From a bacterium (GTDB lineage Bacteria; Patescibacteriota; JACMRA01): DNA of 51,170 nucleotides. The DNA lies in contig JAYWFY010000059.1 in the NCBI GenBank assembly GCA_043778555.1, positions 1-51,170 of the forward strand, read 5' to 3'. The notes beneath the pieces are model-generated. The model saw only the letters and a list, made by a program, of their open reading frames with translations. It made no database searches and was not told the DNA's origin. This document shows positions 10,318-19,888 of the stretch, piece by piece. Position 1 is the first letter of the stretch, and the number at the start of each line of letters is the position of its first letter. The position numbers and the translations under genes are program-made.

Positions 10318-10322
10318 TTTTT

Positions 10323-10344
10323 TCCTCCGCTTTGGAGGGTTTTT
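10323..10344 (+). terminator. Intrinsic terminator
   Basis: CCTCC-gcttt-GGAGG followed by a T run. Confidence 0.65.
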
Positions 10345-10376
10345 ATTGGCTTAGATTTTATCATTTCAATTTACCC

Positions 10377-10657
10377 TTGACAACAGCCCTATAACATGTT
10401 ATCATTAGATAGAATCGATTATATATCGAGAAGTCCAGTCCTGTATCAATAGAATTAAGTTCAATGTTGGTGCCAGAACTGCAACATTATTTTTTTGTTG
10501 ATACGCACATTCCCCTTTGATTATTAAGACAATCACAATAGGTAATAGAGATCAAAACCAAATCGTGATGCCCGTACTTCTAGGCATTTTTTTGTTGATA
10601 CAATAGACCGATTCCGCATACATTTTTTACAAACAACAATTATTTATTATTTACATT
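10377..10657 (+). promoter_or_regulatory. Promoter and ~245-nt structured 5' leader of the DEAD-box helicase
   Basis: TTGACA-17-TATCAT at 10377-10405; hairpins at 10463-10488 and 10568-10587, each followed by ATTTTTTTGTTGATAC. Confidence 0.55.
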
Positions 10658-12226
10658 ATGGGAGACCGACGTACACAATCACAACAATCATTTGATTCAT
10701 TTATCATAAACACAGGAGGAGCATCATCAAGTTCTTCACGCTCTGGAGGTCGCTCATTTGGCAGCAGTTCACGAGGTGGTAGCTCTTATTCATCAGGTCG
10801 CAGCGACGATAGAGGTGGAGACCGAGGTGGTCGAAGCTTTGGCGGTGACAGAGGTGGGCGTTCATATGGTGGAGACCGAGGTGGAAGATCTTTTGGTGGC
10901 GGTGGTCGCGGTGGCAATCGAAGAGGTGGTCGTGGTCAAGATATCAACGAATCGTTGTATGTTCGCAAAGCTAGTGATGTCACTATCAAAGAATATGAAT
11001 CCAAGCACACATTTAACGACTTTGAAATTCATCCAGCTCTCAAAGAACGTATTGAGCGAAGGGGCTACAAAATCCCTACGGCTATTCAAGATCAGGCTAT
11101 TCCATTGGTACTTCAGGGCAAAGATATAATCGGGTTAGCCAACACTGGTACAGGTAAAACTGCAGCATTTTTGATACCAGTTATAGACAAAATCCTCAAA
11201 TCTCGTAAGAATGAAAGTGGCCTGCCAGAGCGAGAGTTGATCAAACCTGGAGCAGCTGGATCTACAATTGCAATAGCTAACAGTAAATTTGCAAAGATCG
11301 AAGGCGACCGACCTACAAGATTAGGACGAGATGGTACCAAGCGGTGGGAGAGACCAGATAGAGGCGATCGACCAGAGTTCAAGTACTTTATCGAAAATGA
11401 ACCAAAATGCCTTGTCGTGGTACCAACTCGTGAGCTTGCGACCCAAATCGAAGACGAATTGATGGCATTTGCTCCAGATCTCCGCATCTTCTCAGCAGTT
11501 TGTGTCGGTGGTACGAATATGCAACGCCAAATCTCTCGTTTGAATAAAATTTGCCAGATCGTTATCGGTACTCCAGGACGACTTTTAGATCTCATCGACC
11601 GTGGTCACCTTGACCTTAGCAAGTTTGATTCTATTGTTCTTGACGAAGTAGATCGTATGATGGATATGGGCTTTATTGACGATGTGTCCAATTTGGTAGG
11701 AATGCTCCCAGGTCACAAACATTCTATGTTTTTCTCCGCTACAATGGAGCCAAGACTCAAACCAATCTGTGAAAAACTACTCAAAGATCCAGTTACTATC
11801 TCAGTAATCCAAGGTAAAACTAGTGACTATGTAGATCAAGATGTAGTTCGAGTTGCAAGAGGTGAAAACAAATTTGAAAAGCTAGTAGAAATCCTTAACG
11901 GCGATACCGTAGACAAAGTCTTGATTTTTTGCCAAAGAAAAATGGATGTAGATGACCTAGAACATCAACTTGACAGGGCTGGCTTCTCCGTAGAATCTCT
12001 ACATGGTGATAAAAAACAGCGTACTCGTGACATTGCCATCAAGCGGTTCAAACAAGGTGAAGTCAAAATCCTAATCGCGACAGATGTTGCAGCTCGAGGG
12101 CTAGACATTCCAAAGGTTACTCACGTCATCAATTACGACAAACCAGATAACTATGACGACTATACTCATCGTATCGGACGTGCTGGACGTGCAGGCAACA
12201 AAGGCTGGGCTTTGACATTTATCTAG
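10658..12226 (+). CDS. DEAD-box RNA helicase with N-terminal RGG-rich tail
   Basis: Q motif, GTGKT, PTRELA, TPGR, DEVD, SAT, ARGLD, HRIGRAGR. Confidence 0.97.
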   Translation: MGDRRTQSQQSFDSFIINTGGASSSSSRSGGRSFGSSSRGGSSYSSGRSDDRGGDRGGRSFGGDRGGRSYGGDRGGRSFGGGGRGGNRRGGRGQDINESLYVRKASDVTIKEYESKHTFNDFEIHPALKERIERRGYKIPTAIQDQAIPLVLQGKDIIGLANTGTGKTAAFLIPVIDKILKSRKNESGLPERELIKPGAAGSTIAIANSKFAKIEGDRPTRLGRDGTKRWERPDRGDRPEFKYFIENEPKCLVVVPTRELATQIEDELMAFAPDLRIFSAVCVGGTNMQRQISRLNKICQIVIGTPGRLLDLIDRGHLDLSKFDSIVLDEVDRMMDMGFIDDVSNLVGMLPGHKHSMFFSATMEPRLKPICEKLLKDPVTISVIQGKTSDYVDQDVVRVARGENKFEKLVEILNGDTVDKVLIFCQRKMDVDDLEHQLDRAGFSVESLHGDKKQRTRDIAIKRFKQGEVKILIATDVAARGLDIPKVTHVINYDKPDNYDDYTHRIGRAGRAGNKGWALTFI

Positions 12227-12377
12227 AATTAAAACTATGGAATTAAGTGTGGGTGCTGATAAGTATGTATCTAAAATAGAAGACTTGAGATATAAGTTTA
12301 AAAAATTTATTCATCAGAATAATGACCTTTCGCAACCCCTACGCCAGACTTATTTCCTAAAAATCTAAAACTTAACC

Positions 12378-12482
12378 ATGGCGACAACATCCTTTGTAAT
12401 CCAGAAAAAAATCAAAATGGTTCGGGTTCATAATTTAGTAGGAAACGAAAGACTTGCCAAGATTATTGATATATTGCTTTAA
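12378..12482 (+). pseudogene. Remnant resembling the dihydropteroate synthase (FolP) C-terminus
   Basis: MATTSFVIQKKIKMVRVHNLVGNERLAKIIDILL*, with a FolP-type VRVH motif at the C-terminal end. Confidence 0.5.
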
Positions 12483-12491
12483 TAAAATAAA

Positions 12492-12587
12492 ATGAAAACA
12501 ATTAAATTTATAGATTTTCGTGCTGGAATAGGAGCTGATCGCTTTGGCCTTACTAATACTGGCATAAAACGTGTTGGCTTTAATTAA
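12492..12587 (+). pseudogene. Remnant of a DNA cytosine-5 methyltransferase N-terminus
   Basis: MKTIKFIDFRAGIGADRFGLTNTGIKRVGFN*, matching motif I (FIDxFAGIGG.R.G). Confidence 0.6.
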
Positions 12588-12643
12588 ACGAAAAAGATGT
12601 AATGGAAATTACTAAATAAACTTTAAAAATTAATTAAAACAAT

Positions 12644-14008
12644 ATGATAAACCTTACCAATATCAAAATCCTCATTGTCGGTTCTGGAGCTAGAGAAAAT
12701 GCCATCGTCAAATCACTCTACAAATCTATTCACAAACCAGATATATACTGTTTTGGTTCTACTCTCAACCCTGATATTATCAATAAAAGTGTAGAATATA
12801 CAACTGGCAAATTGACTGACCACAGTGCGGTGCTCCAATTTGCTTTGGAGAGTAATATTCAGTTAGCTTTAGTTTGCAGCGACGAACCACTTGCCGCTGG
12901 GATTACTGACACTTTATTGACTAATGGTATTTTGTGTTCTAGTCCTACCAAAGCTCAAGCCCAGCTAGAATGGTCAAAGACTTTTACGAGGGATTTACTT
13001 GCTAAATATAACATAATTGGATCGCCTATCTACAAGGCGTTTGACAAAAACAATTACAGTCAGGTTAGAGATTTTATTGGTTCACTTAATACTCAGTTTG
13101 TAATCAAAGCTGACGGACTGTGTGGCGGTAAAGGTGTCAAAGTGCAAGGTGATCATTTTGAGACTACCGAAGAAGGTTTAGAATTTTGTAAGGAAATCGT
13201 TGAGGTTGGGGGAAGCTTTCTGATAGAAGAAAAATTGGTCGGGCAGGAATTCAGTTTCTTTACGATTTCAGATGGCGAACATTTGTCTAATATGGATCCA
13301 ATTATTCAAGATCATAAACGTGCATATACCGGTGATCGTGGTCCAAATACTGGAGGCATGGGGACTTATTCCGATGCAAATTTTCTTTTACCTTTTTTGA
13401 ATTCAGAGGACAAAATGCAGGCTAGCAATATTACCAAACAGGTTGCAGCTGCTTTAAAACAAGAAATTGGGATTGGTTTTACGGGGATATTTTACGGAGG
13501 TTTTATGAAAACTAAGAATGGCGTAAAGTTGATTGAATACAACGCCCGTTTTGGTGATCCCGAGGTGATGAATTTACTCACTCTCTTGGATACAGATTTT
13601 GTGGAAATCAATTATGCTATGGCAACAAGTACTTTGAACACAATTGATCTAAAATTTAAAAATCTGGCTACAGTTTGCAAATATCTAGTTCCGTTAGGTT
13701 ATCCAGAAAATTCTGTCAAAGGTGAAAATATAGACATTATTGAGTTGCACGGAGATTGGGAAGATATTTATTTTGGGTCAATAGATGCAACAAATATTAA
13801 CAACTTACTCACGCTCAAGGGTTCTCGTGCAATTGCTATTTGCTGCAGTGGTCAAAATATTTCACAAGCCGAAGAAAAAGTGGAAACAATTATAGAGAAA
13901 ATCATTGGACCCTTATTTCACAGACCTGACATTGGCAAAACGGAATATATTCAAACTAAAATTGACATGATGAAAAAAGTTTTGACTCAAAATACTAATG
14001 CAAATTGA
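12644..14008 (+). CDS. purD: Phosphoribosylamine--glycine ligase
   Basis: GSGARE, LEWSK, KADGLCGGKGV, QDHKR, GPNTGGMG, EYNARFGDPE. Confidence 0.97.
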   Translation: MINLTNIKILIVGSGARENAIVKSLYKSIHKPDIYCFGSTLNPDIINKSVEYTTGKLTDHSAVLQFALESNIQLALVCSDEPLAAGITDTLLTNGILCSSPTKAQAQLEWSKTFTRDLLAKYNIIGSPIYKAFDKNNYSQVRDFIGSLNTQFVIKADGLCGGKGVKVQGDHFETTEEGLEFCKEIVEVGGSFLIEEKLVGQEFSFFTISDGEHLSNMDPIIQDHKRAYTGDRGPNTGGMGTYSDANFLLPFLNSEDKMQASNITKQVAAALKQEIGIGFTGIFYGGFMKTKNGVKLIEYNARFGDPEVMNLLTLLDTDFVEINYAMATSTLNTIDLKFKNLATVCKYLVPLGYPENSVKGENIDIIELHGDWEDIYFGSIDATNINNLLTLKGSRAIAICCSGQNISQAEEKVETIIEKIIGPLFHRPDIGKTEYIQTKIDMMKKVLTQNTNAN

Positions 14009-14609
14009 TCAAAAACTTTGGGCTTTCCAATACTTGAGATTTGCCTTGGGTTGAATACAAAACCTGGGTAGCAACAGCAATATTATTGACATTAAGATTT
14101 TTTAATTGACCGTAGACAGTGTAGGTAATTTTCTCTTTTGGGCTGACGTCCGATAACTTAAAGCTACTATTTTGTGCTTGTGATTTGCTTGAATTTTCAT
14201 CGCTACTGGATGCCAACCATACTATATTGTCAAAACTACTTTGAAATTGAAAACTCGGGCTGACTATTGTCTCATTGGTTGTGTTTTGCAATTCTAATTT
14301 GAGATATATATTTTGAGATTCTACACTTTGTTTTCTAATCTTGATATCCAAATTATTTATTGGGGTGGTGTAGCTTTGAGCGTTTGCTTGATTATTATTG
14401 GTGCTGACAAATGACACAACAAATCCGCTAGTAAGTATCGTATAAATGCCTAATACTGAAATGATTATTCTTGTTTTTTTATTTTTGAGAAGGGTGTTTG
14501 AAGTCGACTTGAACGAGTATTTGGCTTTACGCCAGTTTTTGGCAAAGTTACTTTGGTCTTCATGATAGTTTGGAACTGTACGAATTTGAGTCAGGTATTT
14601 ATGAGTCAT
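13995..14609 (-). CDS. Hypothetical single-TM protein with extracellular beta-rich domain
   Basis: 204-aa ORF with one TM segment. Confidence 0.7.
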   Translation of the reverse strand: MTHKYLTQIRTVPNYHEDQSNFAKNWRKAKYSFKSTSNTLLKNKKTRIIISVLGIYTILTSGFVVSFVSTNNNQANAQSYTTPINNLDIKIRKQSVESQNIYLKLELQNTTNETIVSPSFQFQSSFDNIVWLASSSDENSSKSQAQNSSFKLSDVSPKEKITYTVYGQLKNLNVNNIAVATQVLYSTQGKSQVLESPKFLINLH

Positions 14610-14726
14610 TTGGTGTTTGTGTTGATTGTATTTGGTATCACTACATTATAATTTAGTTTTGTTATTTATGCAAATACATCTTTGATAGCTTGCTCAAAAA
14701 TAAAAAAATGCCCATTATATAATCAT

Positions 14727-15245
14727 ATGTCTATATTAAAAATTATTACTTATCCCAATGTTATTTTGGATTCTCAGGCTCTTCCGGTCAAGTTTCCATT
14801 GTCACCAGATGACAAGACTTTGATCTCCGATATGTGGGAAACAGTAGACAGTAAAGGTGTAGGTTTGGCAGCGCCACAGGTGAGTGTTAGTAAGAAAATC
14901 TGCATAATCTGTCTTGATTCAGAAATGATACCAAAAAACCAGAAAATTAAAAACAATTTTGTGATGATCAATCCAGAGATTACCTTTTCGTCACAAGTCA
15001 ACTCCAACATTATAGAAGGATGTCTAAGTTTTCCTGAGCAATATTACAAAATTAATCGCCCAAGTAATATCATAGTAAAGTTTCAAAATGAAAAAGGTAA
15101 ATGGGAATTTGTCAAAGCTGGTGGTTGGCTCTCAAGGGTTATTCAGCACGAAGTGGATCACCTCAACGGCAAACTTTTTATTAATATAGGTGGTCAAAAA
15201 ATAGAAACTAACGATATTAAAAACCGCAAAGAGATAGTTGATTAG
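14727..15245 (+). CDS. def: Peptide deformylase
   Basis: GVGLAAPQ, EGCLS, QHEVDHLNG; start moved to ATG 14727. Confidence 0.97.
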   Translation: MSILKIITYPNVILDSQALPVKFPLSPDDKTLISDMWETVDSKGVGLAAPQVSVSKKICIICLDSEMIPKNQKIKNNFVMINPEITFSSQVNSNIIEGCLSFPEQYYKINRPSNIIVKFQNEKGKWEFVKAGGWLSRVIQHEVDHLNGKLFINIGGQKIETNDIKNRKEIVD

Positions 15246-15378
15246 CTCTTAGACATTCTAGATTTTGCGATTATATTAGGATTTATTTCAAAATCTAATC
15301 ATTGCCTAAATCTGTAATAAAGTCAAGAATGTATTGATATTTGACAAATTTACCCTATATTGTAATGATTATTACTAT

Positions 15379-16008
15379 ATGATTTCAATTTCCAGCCTCG
15401 TTTCAGAAAAAATCTCTATGAGCCCACTTATTGCAAATATGCTGAGTAAAAACTTACTCAACAGCAATCAATATGCAAGAGAAATTCATACTGAGATAGA
15501 GCAAAAATTAGGTAAAGCTGTCACTCTTAATTCTATTGTTGTAGCTATCAGTCGTTGCAAGCCTAGCTTTAATACTCGGATCAAAGTCGCTGTAAAAAAA
15601 ATCTCAGTGTCATATCCTGTCTTTTGGAATTATTTCAAATTCAAGTCTAATCATGAGCTTATAGACTTTTTGGGAGAGCAATCAGTCCATAAAGATGATT
15701 TGTTTTCTTTCAAAAACAACAAACTAATTATCATTAACAAAAAGCAAAGTAATAATGGTCAAGCAAATAACGACAAAAATATTCTAAACCAAAAAAAGAT
15801 TAATTTTTGCGAAATAAAGGTGGAGTGTAGAGAAAACCAAGTCAATCAATCTGGTATTTTTTATACAGTCTCTAGCTGCCTCTACTGGGCAAATATCTCA
15901 ATTATTGATATTAATATTATCCGCGACAAGCTATATATTTATGTTGAAAATAATAATGTCAGCAATATTCTAGATATACTTAGAGAGCATTTGCTGGAGA
16001 GTGATTAA
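15379..16008 (+). CDS. Putative regulator with N-terminal helical domain and C-terminal ACT-like domain
   Basis: N-terminal 'N...YAREI...IVVAISR' and C-terminal 'SGIFY..LYWANISIIDI' pattern. Confidence 0.55.
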   Translation: MISISSLVSEKISMSPLIANMLSKNLLNSNQYAREIHTEIEQKLGKAVTLNSIVVAISRCKPSFNTRIKVAVKKISVSYPVFWNYFKFKSNHELIDFLGEQSVHKDDLFSFKNNKLIIINKKQSNNGQANNDKNILNQKKINFCEIKVECRENQVNQSGIFYTVSSCLYWANISIIDINIIRDKLYIYVENNNVSNILDILREHLLESD

Positions 16009-16074
16009 GGTTATAAGTTGTTTCCTCATTGGCTATTTGACCAAAAGTCAAAAATCTAGCTATACTAAGTTGTT

Positions 16075-16884
16075 ATGACTAAGTATTTGTGCAGTATAAT
16101 TAATTTTGAATTTGCTATTTTTGACAATGTAATAGACAGCTTTGTTGGTCAAAAAGTACTAATAAGCTATCTAGATCTTGAGATAACTGGACAAGTTCAA
16201 AGTTGCAGCATTGCTAATACCAAAGTAGCCCTTTTTGGTGATGCCTCTGGCTTTGGAGTTAAAGATACCGTTGGAGTTTTTTTTGATAGCTTTGTGGAGA
16301 TGCCACTTTCTCCATCCATTCTTGGTAGGCAGCTCAATTTTTTTGGTAGCCCAATAGACGATCTACCTCCTATAGTGCCAATATTGAAGCTAGATAATTT
16401 TTATGTAGAAACTAAGGCAGGGTTGAATAAAAATGCAGAGATAGTAGGGCAAAATGACTGGTTAATCAAGTCTAATAGCTTTGAGATTCAAAAAGGACAA
16501 ATAAAAACTTTAGAGTCTTTGGATCAAATTTTGGATTTGTTGGAGATAGATAACTTAGTTCTAATTTTTGTAGAAATAGATTATCAGTCCAAGATCTTTA
16601 ATAATATTCAATATAGATTAAAACAAAATCAACTCGATCAAGTAACGGTATTTTTGAAGTCTCAATCTTATCAGGATATAGATCGTTGCGTGCCTTCAGT
16701 TTCTCAAGTATCAAAATATCTAGCCAATCACCTTGGCTTTGATGTATTAATAATAGCTTCAAACGAAAAGTTAATGAGTCAATTGCCTCAGTTGAATTCT
16801 AAGAATTTTTACTTTGCAGATCAACTGGATCAGCTCGTTGGGTTTGGAGTCCAAAGCAGCGTTAGTCTAATAAAGCTACAATGA
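16075..16884 (+). CDS. Short, degenerate homolog of V/A-type ATP synthase subunit B
   Basis: GQV...LFGDASG...MPLSPSILGRQLNFFGSPIDDLPPI resembles the subunit B N-terminal region; only 269 aa. Confidence 0.6.
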   Translation: MTKYLCSIINFEFAIFDNVIDSFVGQKVLISYLDLEITGQVQSCSIANTKVALFGDASGFGVKDTVGVFFDSFVEMPLSPSILGRQLNFFGSPIDDLPPIVPILKLDNFYVETKAGLNKNAEIVGQNDWLIKSNSFEIQKGQIKTLESLDQILDLLEIDNLVLIFVEIDYQSKIFNNIQYRLKQNQLDQVTVFLKSQSYQDIDRCVPSVSQVSKYLANHLGFDVLIIASNEKLMSQLPQLNSKNFYFADQLDQLVGFGVQSSVSLIKLQ

Positions 16885-18329
16885 GTCAAAAATCTCCAAA
16901 ATCAAGTACGTTTCCTTGGGTTTACCGTTACTTTCAATTTGGCTTGATGGTTACCATTACTATTGTAGTTCCGTTAATTATATTGTCATGGTACCTAATT
17001 TTTAATTTTGTAGGACTATATAGCAATTTCAAACTAGTTTTTTGGTTGATTACTGTGTATATCAGTTTTGGTTTTGTAGTCAGTTTTATTCAATATTTTA
17101 GTATTTTTAGTTTTCAATTATACTCTTTGCAAATCAGAAATTTTTTTATGTTACCGAGTAACAAACGGCTTTTTTACAAAATTATTTTGCCACCAAATGC
17201 CCAGTATGACACTAGGATTCTTGGTAGATTTTTTAAAGATTTGTACCATAGCTTTATTATTAATAATATGTCATGGTCAAATACACTTAGGACTGGAAAA
17301 TATCATCAATCCATTTGCTTTGACTACATTGTAGAAAATGGTGAGACGCAGTGCTATGTTTCTTTTCCATTCAAAAAACACACTATCGTCATAGAAATAT
17401 TCAAAAAATACTTTCCTCAAGTCTCTTTACAATCTGTCAAAGATCCTTTTTATGATTTGCCAAATCAATGGGAAGAAGATAATACTAGTCAATATAATCA
17501 AATGGCAGGCTGCGTAATCTCTCATAGTATGTCAGAGTTTTTTGGTTCTACAACAGCCGATTTTAACATTGGACACAAGCGCAATATTTCAGATTTTTTG
17601 ATTTATTTGGGTAGTGCATTACCGCTCAACAAGTTTGTTTTGCAATATGTTTTTACTTTTGATTCGCTGATAGACAAATCCTATTATGACAAAAAATATG
17701 ACCAACTCACAAAGAATTTGGTTAATCAATATTCTCCATCCAATTTAAAAAAAGGAGCTGATTCTGAGGCATTTGCAACCCTTCTTCCCCAATATCAGAT
17801 CCAAAGACTCAATGATATTAATTCTAGACTGGCGTTAGAAGAAGAAAATCTTGCCAGAGCTGGTATCAAAATTGTAAGTTTTTGCAGTGATCAAGACTAT
17901 GCCAAAACAGAACGCGCTTTAGATAAGGCAATCCGAGCTTATTTTCAAGAAAATTCTTCATATAGTACAGATAATAAATTAGAAAAAGTCTATCTCACAG
18001 CTACAAATCAAACATATTTTAACCATCACAAGGTTCACAAAGATCTTGATGAAACAGCAAAATTTGCTTTTGATCGATTGGTATTTTTACCTACTACTCT
18101 TGAGCCCTATTTTGCCAATTTGTATAACACATTTTTTTATCCAAACGAAAATCGCTGGCGGCGTAAAAACCTATATATTAGCTTTAGGCGTAGGCTAGGG
18201 TACAAACCATGGTCGGATAGTTTTTGTCTATTAGAATTTGACACCATTGACCGCTATTTTCAAATACCAATAGTAAAATCAAGAAATGGAGTACACGATA
18301 CTTTACTAAAAGTTGATTGTAAGTTATAA
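16881..18329 (+). CDS. Membrane-anchored hypothetical protein resembling CPR coupling-protein-associated domains
   Basis: Two N-terminal TMs; FDYIVENGETQCYV...YFPQV...DPFYDLP pattern; ATGA overlap with the upstream gene. Confidence 0.6.
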   Translation: MSQKSPKSSTFPWVYRYFQFGLMVTITIVVPLIILSWYLIFNFVGLYSNFKLVFWLITVYISFGFVVSFIQYFSIFSFQLYSLQIRNFFMLPSNKRLFYKIILPPNAQYDTRILGRFFKDLYHSFIINNMSWSNTLRTGKYHQSICFDYIVENGETQCYVSFPFKKHTIVIEIFKKYFPQVSLQSVKDPFYDLPNQWEEDNTSQYNQMAGCVISHSMSEFFGSTTADFNIGHKRNISDFLIYLGSALPLNKFVLQYVFTFDSLIDKSYYDKKYDQLTKNLVNQYSPSNLKKGADSEAFATLLPQYQIQRLNDINSRLALEEENLARAGIKIVSFCSDQDYAKTERALDKAIRAYFQENSSYSTDNKLEKVYLTATNQTYFNHHKVHKDLDETAKFAFDRLVFLPTTLEPYFANLYNTFFYPNENRWRRKNLYISFRRRLGYKPWSDSFCLLEFDTIDRYFQIPIVKSRNGVHDTLLKVDCKL

Positions 18330-18340
18330 TTATATTTGTT

Positions 18341-18784
18341 ATGACAAAAAAATTTGAAATTATTGAAAGTCAAGCTATTAGCACTTCAGAGATTAATTTA
18401 TTGATTGAAGATGTAATGTCAAAATTAGGAATTAGACATTTGGCAAAACTTGATAGATGTAGTGATGTTTGTAGGTCTTTAAGTTTAGAGTTAGAATCAA
18501 GGGGGGGGGTAACACTAAATATAGTTTCAAAAAAATTTGACGATTTTAGCGATATCGTTACTAATTCTCCAATAATGTTTCATCATTTTTTAGTATTGGA
18601 AATTCAAGGACAATCATTCTTAGTTGATCCAACATTCGGGCAGTTTAAAGGTTGTCCAGATATATTTGTTTGTGACATTACAGGTAAGGAAAAAGACAAT
18701 TGTGTAAAACAACTTATAAGGTATAATTTACCAAACAAAATATTTCATTTTTATATAAACGAAATTGTAAAAGAGAAATACTGA
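18341..18784 (+). CDS. Hypothetical protein, possible transglutaminase/papain-like fold
   Basis: RCSDVC...HHFLVL...LVDPTFGQF gives a Cys-His-Asp order. Confidence 0.55.
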   Translation: MTKKFEIIESQAISTSEINLLIEDVMSKLGIRHLAKLDRCSDVCRSLSLELESRGGVTLNIVSKKFDDFSDIVTNSPIMFHHFLVLEIQGQSFLVDPTFGQFKGCPDIFVCDITGKEKDNCVKQLIRYNLPNKIFHFYINEIVKEKY

Positions 18785-18799
18785 AATCTATATGTAAAT

Positions 18800-19852
18800 T
18801 TAACCTCCAATTTTGAATTCTACTACGTCGCCGTCTTGCATTATATATTCTTTGCCTTCCATTCGCATTTTGCCTACTTCTAAGCAGGCTTTACGACCTT
18901 TGAGACTTATAAAGTCGCTATAATTGATAACCTCCGCCTTGATGAATTTTTTTTCAAAATCTGTATGTATCACACCTGCACATTGTGGAGCTTTCATTCC
19001 CTTTGTAAACGTCCATGCACGGGCTTCTACCTCACCACAAGTCAAATATGACGCCAGATTGAGCTTATCAAAACAATGCCTGATGAGCTTGTCCAGCCCC
19101 GTCTCACTATCATAGCCATACTCCAATCTTTCCTCTGTTGTCATACCAGTAAGCTCAGATTCAGATTTGATGTCTAGCTCAAAATCACAAGGGTAGTCTA
19201 TATTTGTACTATCTATGGAAGTGTTGCCAAGTTTTACTATTTGCTTGTCTGTCAATAGATTGAGGGATTTTCTCCAACGCGTATATTCTACTTCTTTGGC
19301 TAATTGTTGGTCTATGTCGTTAATGTTTGACTTTTTACCGTTAATTCTATTTGTAAGCTCATTAAGAGCTTTGACTTTGGTCTCGTATAAACTATCTTTT
19401 TGTTTATTTTTGGAAAGTGTGATGAGTTGCTTATCTATGATGTTTTGATCGTAAATACCTAGCTCCATAAGCAATATTTCTTCGTCCTCTAGAGGGTTTA
19501 CTCGGTTTTCTGTGTGAATAATGTCATCGTTGACGAATCTACGAATGATTAGTAGTATTAAATTTACTTCACGGATGTGAGCCAAAAACTGGTTACCCAG
19601 GCCAGCGCCTGTAGAGGCACCTTTGATAAGTCCAGCAATGTCTTTAAATTCAATGTTGGCATAAACTTTTTTTTGGGCATTGACCAATTCTGCAAGCTTA
19701 TTGACACGGTTATCAGGTACATTTACTATGCCATCATGAGGATCGATTGTGCAAAATGGGAAGTTTTCTGCTGGTACAGATCTCTGTGTGAGTAAGTTAA
19801 ATAGGGTAGATTTACCTGCATTTGGCAAGCCAACAAGTCCGACGGAAAGCAT
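18800..19852 (-). CDS. ychF: Ribosome-binding ATPase YchF
   Basis: GLPNAGKST, NFPFCTIDP, DIAGL, GLGNQFL, TGS C-terminus EGKEYIMQDGDV. Confidence 0.97.
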   Translation of the reverse strand: MLSVGLVGLPNAGKSTLFNLLTQRSVPAENFPFCTIDPHDGIVNVPDNRVNKLAELVNAQKKVYANIEFKDIAGLIKGASTGAGLGNQFLAHIREVNLILLIIRRFVNDDIIHTENRVNPLEDEEILLMELGIYDQNIIDKQLITLSKNKQKDSLYETKVKALNELTNRINGKKSNINDIDQQLAKEVEYTRWRKSLNLLTDKQIVKLGNTSIDSTNIDYPCDFELDIKSESELTGMTTEERLEYGYDSETGLDKLIRHCFDKLNLASYLTCGEVEARAWTFTKGMKAPQCAGVIHTDFEKKFIKAEVINYSDFISLKGRKACLEVGKMRMEGKEYIMQDGDVVEFKIGG

Positions 19853-19888
19853 AGAGATGTGTGTATTTTTACGATTTGGTTAACTTGA

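Noticed and set aside
10800-10935. Tandem GGTGGAGACCGAGGTGG-like repeats as a CRISPR array
   Set aside because: They encode the GGDRGGRS protein repeats, have no unique spacers, and no cas genes are present
11200-11400. Intein in the helicase insert (also considered for the carB insert)
   Set aside because: No Cys/Ser start with His-Asn end and no Hint motifs
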